Assembly: GCA_050084515.1 (NCBI GenBank) | Contig: CM114271.1 | Span: forward strand, 32,302,001-32,366,000 | DNA: 64,000 nucleotides | Source: Blasia pusilla | Lineage: Eukaryota | Reading direction: 5' to 3' | Shown here: one piece after another, positions 53,452-64,000 of the stretch | Layout of the letters: every line of letters starts with the position of its first letter | How positions within the stretch are numbered: position 1 is the stretch's first letter | Translations under genes and position numbers: made by a program | The notes under the pieces: generated by a model | The model's database searches: none | Told to the model about the DNA's origin: nothing | The model's input: only the letters and a program-made list of their open reading frames with translations

Positions 53452-55399
53452 GTAAGTTCAAAAACTAATGCTTCATTTTTCTTCTTTTTCTGCAACTTTT
53501 TTCATTCTTTCCTGCAACCCGTGAGACTCTGACAGGTTGCAAAATACGGCCTAGAAATGGAGTGGGTCTTGCAACCCATCGGACTTTGACGGGTTGTAGC
53601 ACACCCCCTAACACGCCTTGTGCAACCCGTCTGAGTCTGACGGGTTGCAAACAGACTATGCAACCTGTCACTCTCTGACGGGTTGCAGCACCCACTCATC
53701 GGGTTTTGGGATGTGTCGAGCAACCCGTCAGATTTTGACGGGTTGCATATGGGCAACCGTTTGGAGTCGGGTTCCACATCCACGGTTGGTGGGCAACCGT
53801 TTGGAGTTGGGTTCCACATCCACGGTTGGTGGGCAATGTGTCTGAATGCTCCAGGCCCCCTAAATGCAAATTTCCTCGGTGACATCTTTCATTTGCAACC
53901 CGTCGGATTCCGTCGGGTTGCTCCTAGAAGACCTCTTCCTCCCATCAATTCAAACGAGAGGGTGAAGGGCATTTACAATTCGTCTGCATGGATAAAGGAG
54001 CCTGTTAGGGAATTTTCTTGTGCAGGAAATCAGATGTAAATAACCAATTCGCAAACGGTTTTAAATAAAGTGGTTTTTTTAAATGCACCCAATTCTCTTC
54101 ACGCTTATGGTCTGATGTTATATTCGATCACAGTCCGATATTGGGGTGAGGCTTTTTCTGCTTTTGCAATCCGCTAGAAACCAACGGGTTGCCTGTTGTC
54201 TTCTCACATTTACATTTTTCGTGATGTCTTTTCACTATACCAAGACCAATTTGTAACCTTCGACTCTTTTGGTGTGGTGTGCTTGCTTTCATGGACTCTA
54301 ACCTTTGGTTTCGAGAGGTTGGTAACCCGTCCGATTCCAAAAGGTTGAGAACCACTCCAACGGAAGAGTAGAATTGGTTTTTGCGGATAGTCCCGTTTCT
54401 TGCAACCCGTCGGAGTCCGATGGGTTGCAAGATAATCTAAACCAGAGACAGTTCACTCTTGCAACCCATCAGATTTTGATGGGTTGCAAGGGCTGCAACC
54501 TGTCGGATTCCGACGGGTTGCATGTCTGAATGAATGGACCTGGGTGCATATCAATTCCTCTTCACTCCTGACGGCTACCAACCTATTGCTTCAATTTTCC
54601 TCTTAGTCCTTCCTTGCACGTTTTCTTCTTGATGCATATATTTCCCAATGACTAAGAGAATAATGAAACCAAGTTGTCAAACCCACAACAGTCCATGGTA
54701 GACTTCATGCATCCATTCATGATCCAACATCATCCAAGACTATCATGAAATTAAGTCTTCGGCTATGCACAATGATCAGTGTTTTGTTTTGTTATGGAAA
54801 ATCCCACCTCATGGAATATTATTGATCGGATGGGATATTTCATGCCTTTTGCATGAAGAGTCAACAGTCCATAATCTCAACCACATCTTCTGAGAAGTTA
54901 AGCCCTGAAGGGCACAGGAGTCTATTGACACCATAGTCAGAGTCTTTATTAGAACGTTTCACTGAGATAAAATTGTTTCTACTGGTCAAATTATCTATCG
55001 ATGGTCCTCCAACAATAATACCCCTTAGCCCGACTTACTATAGAGTTGGCTTAGACATGCAATGTGAAGAAAATTGGGCTCACATGGAGAGTGATGGAAG
55101 GATGTTTGCAGTGGTATTCTGATGTCTACTTCTTTTTCCAAGCCTGGAAAAAGAAGGTTAGTTTAGGCCCAAATGTGGTCCTGTTGCTTCTCTCTTCTAA
55201 AGATTTCATGAATTTGAAAGCAAACAAAAATTTCAAAAATGTCAAAAAGTTTTGAAGAGAGGAGGCAGATTCTGCCTTTTTTTTTAAGAGTACCGTCCTC
55301 TCTTCCTCTCTTCCTCTCCTCTCTTACTCTCATGCCAGAATACCAGCCCTTGAGCCTCTATGAAGTATGTCATTGGGGCGGCCACTACTATGTACCATG

Positions 55400-56655
55400 T
55401 CTCATGATTAATTTTCCGCTTCTGATGTTATGAGTCTAACCACCAACTCCTGTCGAGTCATTCCTTTTGAGTCCTGTGGGTCAATCTCAAAGCCACCTCT
55501 CGATGGCTCGCTTACTCTCATAGCACCCCGAGTCACCACGTGCACTGCCACAACCTCAACTGAAGCCGCACTACACATAAATCCCATCCCCGTAGAATCC
55601 TCACTAGCATCGTGGTAAGATTTGGAGGTTTGCACCACACTAGCTACTCTTAGCTCCGGGCCTGCCTGTAGCTGTATCATTGTCATGGCAGCAATCCTCT
55701 GCTCCAACTGATTGATGCATATAAGGAGTGCTACATCGGGTGCTCGCCCTTCATCTCCTATGACTGGTGATGGCACTCTACCACCACGATCATCCACCAC
55801 TCGATCTCCACCAACTCTCTCGCCCCCAAGTCCTCTACCTATCTATCTCTAGGCGTACTTCCCAGTGAAGATCATAACACCTATCCCTAGTGTGACCATA
55901 TTGGTGACAATGATCACATTGCAACTATGGTGGGGCCATCTTGTGTATTACCATCCCCGTTCTCATCACAAGACCCATTCTCTAGTGATGACGATCCAAC
56001 CACTGATGGGAGTCGAGGTGGTTCTGTGAGAAAATAGAAAGTGACGAAATCACTGAAATCTTTACAAAACTTAGAGATACAAAGTGGCCTAGTCCGTCCG
56101 TGCGCTCACAGAAGAGCTTCGATGGAACCTGAATTGGGAGATAACTCGACATACGAGAATGCGCTACCGCTGCGGCTCCCGACTATTTGACTACTCGGAA
56201 AAACTAGGCTTCAAACTATGTCGGAACCATCAATCTAGGATTCTCCTCATACAAGGGGGCCGATCAGATTAATGGTGCTTAGAGAAGTGGATGTTGAGAA
56301 TCCAACAAGTTCCAACAAGTTCACTCGAAACCTCTCTATACTTCACACCACTCCGTGTCACTACACTACCACTACTCGTACTATCCCATTCTTCTGAACC
56401 CTGGGAGAACGCCGTGATGATAACCCTGTCTTACCCGCTCAAGCACTCAGCCTCACCAAGAGTCTCCCACACTCCTCACTAGCTCACATATGCTAATGCC
56501 AATCCCGTGACAACACACCCGGCCTCACGCACGCTCAACACTTGGGCTCACCATGAGCCTCCCGACTAACTCACCTAAGTCTCAAACATACTCTCGAGTC
56601 ATACACGCAACCCCTACTCAGCAACCATTGTATATCCACCAACATGCTACACATG
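55400..56655 (-). mobile_element. Fragments of gag and leader related to the DNMT-Gypsy family
   Basis: 55880-55940 matches 9481-9541, and 56330-56655 matches ~10590-10915. Confidence 0.7.
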
Positions 56656-56660
56656 AAAGG

Positions 56661-58649
56661 TATCACATTTGAGTAGCTGATAGGCCGAGATCTATCGTGG
56701 ATAGGGTGTAGGAGCCAATGGACTATCTTGAGTGTAACTTTGTCCCACGGTGTTGGATGAGGTTGAAGATAGGTCCATTATGTCAAAAACGCTGTTTTTG
56801 ACAACTTTCTTATTGAGGTCTTTCACAACCCGGTGACTTGTTGACCAGATCACCCTCCCCTAGTAACCTGTGTGCACAGGTTACCAAGAGGATAGCTATT
56901 TTTAGGGGAAGAGCCTTTTCTCTCTTCCCAACCCTATATAAGGGAGGAAGATAGCTTTCACAAGCCATATTTCTCATGTTGGGCCGTTGGAGCACCTCTC
57001 TTGTATGTGTGTGAGATAAGACTAGGGTGCTAGCTTCCGGATTCCTTGATAGCGCAGGGTGGATGAGGCTCGATATGCCGATGTAGATTGAGGAGTGGAG
57101 TTTTAGGCCGGGTGTGCCGTTTTTACTACTCTTTATTTTTACATGAGAAAGATGTCAGGGGGCTGGTGGGAATTCATTGTTTGCAGGTAGGCAAGCGAGT
57201 TGCCTTGGTGGAGAGCCCGTGGAGACGCTGGTTGGCGTTGTGTTTGTCATTTTTTCCATGTGGAAGGTCGTGGGCAGAAGCGCTCCCCATTTTTCTCAGA
57301 TTTTTCTGGTGGGGATTGACGGGGGACAACATCCGGGTGTAGCGTGTGGTGTGACGCTGAGTATATGCAAGCGGATATCTTATGAAAGAGCAAGAAGGAA
57401 AGGTCGCGGAGGTGGTTTAGGTCGGAGGCTAGGGTTAGGTTGCGGAGGCGCACTGGAGGTGGAGGCGGTGGGAGGGTTGCCCCGATTTACACCCCATGGG
57501 GGTGAGGGCCATTTTGGCTCCCCCCATGACGTGGTTGGGAGCGCCATGGTTGGCGACATCCCAATGTGGTACACACCAGGACGTGATTAGTCAGACGGAC
57601 GTAGTCAGGTAAGGTCGACGTGCTAGAGGCGCGGGTGACGTGATAGATGGTCTGACATGGTTGAGTGGGGACGGGGTTGAGTTGAGGTTGCGAGGCACGT
57701 CTGGGGGTGGGTGGATAGAACGTAATATTTTTCGGGCGTGACTGGGATTTGCGAGGGTTGTGGTGGAGAGTGTTCCGACGGAGTGGTAGTATTGGAGACA
57801 CATGCACTGATGCCGACGGGTCATCCGCATCTGCTGACGGGAGGCTCGACGTGTTGGTTGAGGAGAGTGTTGTGTTGCGGAGGTTGCCACACCATATGGA
57901 GGAGTGAGTGTTGACGATGCGTAGGTTGGAGGGCGTGATCAGGTTACCCATTCGAGTCCCTTTTCCCGCACTTGTCGTGTGTGATTGAGAGTGTTGGGTA
58001 TCGGGTAGTAGTTGGTGCTAGGTGGGTGCAGTGATGGTGACGAGTGTAGAATCTTTTCATGTGTAACATGTTGGTGGATATACGATGGTTGCCACGTAGG
58101 GGTCGCATGTATGACCCGAGAGTGTCGCTAGGTAGGTGAGTGAGTTAGGAGGCTCATGGTGAGCCCGAGTGTTGAGTGTGCATGAGGCCGGGTGTGTCAT
58201 CACGGGATTGACGTTAGCATAGGTGAGCTAGTGAGGAGTGTGGGAGACTCGTGGTGAGTTTGAGTGCTTGAGCGGGTGAGACGGGGTTGTCATCACAACG
58301 TTCTTCCAGGGTTCGGAAGAACGGGGTAGTGCGAGCAATAGTAGTGGTGTGACACGCAATGGACTGAGATACCAAGGGGTTACGAGTGAGGAGCTACCTC
58401 GACATCCATCCGTGGCTGGATCGTCATCACTAGACACCGGTTCTCATGACGAGATCATAGATGGAGGGAGTATCACTTGGCAGGAGATGGACAAGATGGC
58501 CATCGGGGCATGCGTCATTTCTCAGGTGCAGTGGGCACCATCGACTTAGGTTATTTTATCCATGAGCGACTTCCAGGAGATACGGACCCCGACACGGTTC
58601 AACTGTTCCATGGCATGGAAGCAGTTGTTCCAACATTTGGAGGGTCCTC
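56661..58649 (+). mobile_element. 5' part (LTR, leader, start of gag) of another DNMT-Gypsy family copy, cut by MULE copy B
   Basis: Largely the reverse complement of ~10307-12211, ending at AWK.LFQHLEGP exactly where the GAGGGCTGG terminus starts. Confidence 0.85.
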
Positions 58650-59346
58650 GAGGGCTGGTATTCTGGCATGAGAGAGGAAGAGAGGAGAGTCTCTCTTCAA
58701 AAAAAAGGGCCAAATCCGCCTCCTCTCTTCAAATTTTTTTGACATATTTGAATCTTTTATTTGCTTTCAAATTCATGAAATCTTTAGAAGAGAGTAGGTA
58801 GTGGTCCACATTCGGGCCTAAAGAAACCTCCTTTTTGCAGGGGGCGAAAAACTAGTAGACATCATAAGACCACTACAAACATCTTCCCATCATTCTCCAT
58901 GTGAGCCTAAGTTTTCTCACATTGCCTGTCTCAGTCTACAGTAAGCTGTGCCCAGGGCTATTTTTTTTGGAGGACCATTGGCAAATAATGTGACTAGAAG
59001 TAGCAATCTCATCTCAATGAAAGGTTCAAATAATGACCAACTTTGTGAAATGTGAACACAGGAGACGAGAATTGAACCAAAAGATTGTTAGTTGTCTGGA
59101 ATAAAGAGGAACTGATATCCCTTCATTCAGATCCTAAATCTGATAAATCGAGAAGCTGCACCCCTCCCAATCGGTCGGAATTTTACATATTGCAACTCTT
59201 GCAACCTGTTGGAATCAGATGGCTTGCACCCCTTGCAAGCAAACTCACCATAACAAAGGAAAGATTTTGAGAAGTGATTCCATTCCACCCTGCACCCACG
59301 AAGATCTAACTGGTTGGGAATCCGAAATGGCAATTCGACAGCCTTT

Positions 59347-60443
59347 AGGAATCCAACACGTATTAGAGAAGAAAAGAAGCCTATGACTGGTTTGACAATA
59401 CTAGGGGAAGGAGCCAAAAGTGAAGAATCCTGCCATAATGCCTCTGAAGTTGGTCTCATAGAGAAAGAGTCCGATCACCCAAGCAACCAACCTGTCGGAA
59501 TCCGACAGCTTGCTTGGAAATGGTTAAAAAGTTGCAGTGGTGAAAAAGTGAAAAGTTGCAACCCGTTGGAATCAGACGGGTTGCAAAAGCAACATTCTAA
59601 GTAGCTAGACGAACACAATCGACAAGTCCAAAAAAAATATTCTACAAACTTTTACAAACACTATTATCGTTTGAAAAAATCTTGTCCTTTATTACATCCG
59701 AAGGAAGCTCGGAAATGTACATTTGATCTAATCTATGATTTCTTCATCCTCGTCATCTACAAATTTACTCCTAACTCTCCTAGGTTCCTGTACAAAAGGA
59801 ATGTCCTGGGATACAAGTGGATCCTCTGGCCGATTGTAGACGGGGATTGAAAATGTTGGCAAATTTGACAACCTTGGCACCCCCCTAGGTACACCATAAC
59901 GGTCTCATATAACCTGATTTGAGTCCCACCGCCTTCCTCAGCAGTAAATCTTGTACGCTCTGCAAGGTGACACCCATCCAATATCAATATGTGCTCCGTC
60001 CTTGGAGACACCATCATGTCTACAGCGAGGTAGCAGGAATCCAACATGTCTTAGAGAAGAGAGGAAGCCTAAGACTTGTTTGACAAAACTAGGGGAAGGT
60101 GCCAAAGTGAAGAAGCCCGCCAGAATGCCTGTAAAGTTGGACTAACAGGGAAAGAGTCCCATCACTCACGTAGCCAACCTACTGGAATTCGACAGGTTGC
60201 CTCGAAGTGGTTAAAAAGGTACAGTGGTCAAAAAGTGAAAAGTTGCAACCCGTGGCAATCCAAGGATTGCAATATGAAGTGTCGGAGCACATAGACAATC
60301 ACAATCGACAAGATCAAAAAAGATATTTAACAAACTTTTACAAACACCATCATCGTTTGAAAAAATCTTGTCCTTTATTACATCTGAAGGAAGCTCGGAA
60401 TTGTGCATTTGATCTATTCTATGAATTCTTTTGCCTCGTCATC
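59347..60443. repeat. ~410-bp direct duplication (59347-59757 and 60035-60443) around a ~280-bp unique spacer
   Basis: AGGAATCCAACA...CCTCGTCATC blocks align end to end. Each contains two palindrome copies. Confidence 0.85.
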
Positions 60444-63400
60444 AAAGAAATCCCTACTCCAAAACGCTACAGTCAAGCTGGGTCCTTGAGGTCTTTGCAC
60501 TCACTCATCATCGTCCGAGAGCTCCTCCAAAATTATTGTCGGCCTTGCCCTCCCGGTTTTTGGAATTGTGGGAAGTGACGATGGTGTCACTACCAATGGT
60601 GGGTCTGGAATCGGAGCTGTCGGCTTCAGAGGAGAGTTGTACGCTCCAACTAGCCTGTCGTAATCTACATTTGTCTCTTTGCAAAGGTCAAACAGTAATT
60701 GCCTTCCCTCAAGGCAGAGAATGTTCCTGCCACTCTACCAGACGCCTCTGATACTCGCCCCTGAAAGGCCCACTAAGTCGAACACCAAGTCACCCGGCCT
60801 TGAGCAGAGCTTGATGAGCGTTTGCATCAACGCCGACAACTTTTCCCTTCCTCCAAGTGAGGGGGTACCATTTTCCATTTAAATTCCCAGGGGGAAATTG
60901 TATAAACTATCTAAGCTGTACCCATCAGAGCATGGATCCACTGGATCAAGGATCTGAAACACTTGGAAGTTATGCTCAGGCCTTACAAAACAATACACAA
61001 AGGAGTGGTCCATCTGAAAAAATGTCAGCAACAAGAAAGAGCTAATTTCAGTATGCAACAACAAGAAAGATATACTATCAGAATGGTGACACAATGTGCA
61101 ACTCGTTCCAAAAGAACTTCGCTTAACCCCAAAGAACTTAGTTATAGTCCTAACATTGGAGCAACCTGTCGGAGTCTGACGGGTTGTTTTACAAGTGTTA
61201 GTGATTTTTTTGGCCATGAGCAACGCGTCGGAAGGCGACAGGTTGTTGGCTTAGAGCAGCCCATGGTTGGCTAAGAGCAACCCGTCGCATTCAGACGGTT
61301 TGCATCATTCTAGAAACACAAGGAAAAGCATAAGCACTTGCAACCCGTCGGGTTCCGACGGGTTGCATTCACCCAATGGAGACTTGTGGTAAATTTGCAA
61401 CCCGTCGCTTTCACACGGATTGCACCACCGAAGTCTCTAGCTCAGACAATCCGATGGGTACTATGCAGAGATGTAACCCGTCGGAGCAAGAAAATTTGGA
61501 TATGGATTTAGAGCCCTTACCCGGATTTGACTCGTCGCGGATCGGAGTGGGTACTCGTTCTTGATGACCCACGATTGCGCCGTCCTCCACTTCAGCGACC
61601 GCTTGACGCACTACAGGTTGAAGAGCTCGTCCTCGCTCCCTCCAATCAAAACCAAGAAACAACCCTTATCACTGAGATAAGCGTCTGCAAAGGAAAACAG
61701 GAGCGCGATCTGGTCATAAGAAAGAGGGACATTCTAGTCTGGGACACCATCGGACGGATTCTCGTCCCGCAAGCGCAACCTCGAGGGAAAATCAGCGACG
61801 AGGAGATCCACCGCCACCTCCTCGACCTCCCCATGGACCGTCTAGGGAGCGTGCCCGTTTTGTTGAAGCTTCTGTCCTAGCGTTGTCAATTTGTCAATGG
61901 CGGGTGTCGACGCTTGGGAACTGAAACTTTTCAGCTCATATAGAAGATTCGTGCTGTGAATGATGACGCTTGTCCGGGTTGTTGTTTCTCTATGTCTTCC
62001 CAAGGATGATGGAGTGTATTCCATATCATGGTCTGCTCCCTAGGACAAACTGGCGCGCCTCTTGCTTCCGCTTCTCTTGAGTCTGGTCGGCTTGTTGGGG
62101 TCTCTATTACCTCAGACTTGGTGGAGTTTTTTTTGCAGAGGACCTGGTCCAACCCTCTCTCCTCGCTCGCCCGGACGATTCCGCCTTTCGCCTTGAATTC
62201 TCAGCCTCTTTTTGGGAAGACTTGGGCTCGGAATTCTTCGATCCCCTCGCCTTGGCTTTGAGACCCGCTGTAGATTTGTCCTTGGCGGTGACCACCTTAG
62301 ACATCAACTCCGCTGTCTCGATGGATTGCTCCTCTGCATCTCCTTCGAAAAAGTCTTCAGGTTGCACAAAATTGGGGATGTCGTCCCTACCTGCGGCCAC
62401 TGCATCATAGAGCAGGCGTAGATTTTTCTCGGTTATGTCCTCAGGGTCGTTGAAGTCCAGCCAGATCGGGAAATTCTCCACCTCCCAGTTGGACATGCTT
62501 TGAGCCATCTCCATGTCGTACATGGAAAATGTCTCTCCATCAAGCGGAGAAGCCCACAATTTGCAGGCTGCCAATATTTTTCGCCACGTATCTACATTCT
62601 TACAATGGACAAGGTACCTTAATACCATGTGTTGGGCAGCTCTTAGTCGAGATGCATCGGCCGCCTGCTCCTAAAGATCTCGCTTTTTCTTTGCGAAATC
62701 CCTTTTCTTCGCCTCTATTTCTTCATCAAGGTTTGCCTGAGGGAGGATGTGATCCTTGAACATCGTCCTGAAGCCTCGGTTTTTTAAGGGCTTTTCCCGC
62801 ATGTCACCAACCAAAGTTCAAAATCTTCAGCACTCTCCAAGTTTGCTTCCTCCGAAACTGGCTCTATTTTTTTCAGCTCCGCTTGGAGACCCACGAGCAT
62901 GGACTTCCCGAGAAGCCGCAACGTGTCCCAAAATGACCATACACGGAGCCAGTGGGAGATCACTGGATTAGAGACACCCGGAGAATGGTATGTTGCCCTC
63001 TTTTGGGCCTCTATGCCCTCGAGACTTATTTTCATCAGTCGGATTCTCCTAAATTCCGAAATTCTAGACAAGGCAAATCAATGGACGCGGTTGAGAGACA
63101 TTTTCTCCCCAATCTGACCCTGCGGATCTTCATCCCTCTTCCGCTGGCGCTTGATTATCGCCTTCAGCTCCTTGTAGAAATCGGGGCCAAGTTCGGGGTT
63201 GAGAATGGCTATGTAGCGCTGCATCTTGCTTGCAGTGTACTTTGTAGTTGCACATACTGCAGCTTGGATGGACTAAGCACGCTCAGACATAGACACTTTC
63301 TCCCTCCGCTCCAGTTCCAATGAAGCGCTCTTCTTGGCGGCCTGTATCTTTGACCAACAAAGGATTGTCATGGCTGCATCTTGGGAAATAAATGTATTTT

Positions 63401-63569
63401 CCCAAGTCTTTTTTTTTATTTGAGCCCCCTCCACCGGAATCTCATTTACAAGGGCGTCGCCCAAGAACCCCTTGTACTCTGCCGGGTGCGTCGTTAGCAC
63501 TTTCTTCACCCGATCGCAATCCTGGATCCAGTGGTGGGTGACATTCCCCTCGGATACAATCCTACACAT
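60420..63569 (-). pseudogene. Spliced MULE cargo gene ending in a beta-class N4-cytosine/N6-adenine methyltransferase-like domain. Exons ~63569-61521 and 61013-~60420
   Basis: Motif-IV-like VDLLVADFPS (61782-61811), then AYLSDKGCFLVL. After a phase-0 GT-AG intron (61520-61014): GGREKLSALMQTLIKLCSRPGDLVFDLVGLSGASIRGVW*SGRNILCLE (60708-60855), matching the beta-class motif X-I-II pattern. Confidence 0.7.
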
Positions 63570-64000
63570 CCAAACTCAATATAAGAAATTTTGCAAGCTA
63601 CATGGGTTCCTGCAACCCGTTGGACTCCGACAGGTTGTCACACCTCATGATAGGAATGGAAGCTACGAGCTAAATTTTGCAACCCATCGAAGTCCGATGA
63701 GTTTCTTTCGACCAAAAACATCCTAAAAACAGTGGCCAGTCGAGCAACTGGTCGGAGTCCAACGAGTTGCTTTCGGCCAAAAAAATCCTAAAGTAGCGGC
63801 CAGTCGAGCAACTCGTCGAACTCCGACGAGTTGCTTTCGGCCAAAAACATCCTAAAAAGAGCGGCCAGTCAAGCAACTAGTCGGACTTTGACGAGTTTTG
63901 TTACCACTAGTTAAACAACTCATCAGAGTCCGACGATCTGCACAATCAAAATAAAGGAAGAGGAAACTTACGTGTTCATGGCATGCATGGCGATCTCCAC

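Larger units (their letters stand above)
45810..54530. repeat. Clusters of a ~30-bp palindrome TTGCAACCCGTCGGA-N-TCCGACGGGTTGCAA in copy A (45810-46160, 48415-49150, 50805-51470, 53510-53920, 54165-54530)
   Basis: Near-perfect examples at 45863-45895 and 54399-54431, plus many copies with CG->TG/CA changes. Confidence 0.95.
39212..55351. mobile_element. Large Mutator-like (MULE) DNA transposon, copy A (~16.1 kb including a nested Copia)
   Basis: Direct repeat GAGCCTCTAT at 39202-39211 and 55352-55361 (identity extends 2 more bases, GA). Imperfect purine-rich TIRs share GAGGAGAGGAAGAGAGGA. The right end coincides with the terminus of the sister copy at 58650. A transposase-like ORF lies inside. 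Confidence 0.75.
58650..64000 (-). mobile_element. MULE-like copy B, inverted relative to copy A, continuing beyond the window
   Basis: 58650-~59030 is a diverged reverse complement of ~54950-55351 with the same terminus GAGGGCTGGTATTCTGGCATGAG. It carries the same second gene and the same palindromes. Confidence 0.8.

Noticed and set aside
53452-54550. Second (motif I) exon of the amino-methyltransferase-like gene in copy A
   Set aside because: I could not find a homolog of the 61013-60420 exon here. It appears deleted, so copy A is not called a complete gene.

Overview
Repeat-rich land-plant nuclear DNA; a bryophyte-grade genome is my inference, not something the sequence proves. A small island of three intact spliced host genes (LFR armadillo-repeat protein, a SOUL heme-binding protein, cytochrome bc1 subunit 8/QCR8) sits among nested, decayed transposons. 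Two unrelated mobile elements carry DNA methyltransferase domains. (1) A minus-strand Ty3/Gypsy element (~2.3-12.2 kb) has the order gag-protease-C5 cytosine methyltransferase-RT-RNaseH-integrase-PHD finger, with C5-MTase motifs I, IV, VI, VIII, IX and X readable through stops and frameshifts. (2) A ~16 kb multi-gene Mutator-like DNA transposon (39212-55351, ~10-bp TSD) and an inverted sister copy from 58650 carry a spliced second gene that resembles a beta-class N4C/N6A amino-methyltransferase. Their introns and spacers hold dozens of copies of a ~30-bp CG-rich palindrome. Also present: a full-length decayed Copia with LTRs, PBS and TSD, an internally deleted Copia derivative, two LINE fragments, a 177-bp tandem array, tandem mini-Helitrons, many LTR remnants and a (GA)n microsatellite. 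All domain calls come from manual motif reading; no database searches were run.
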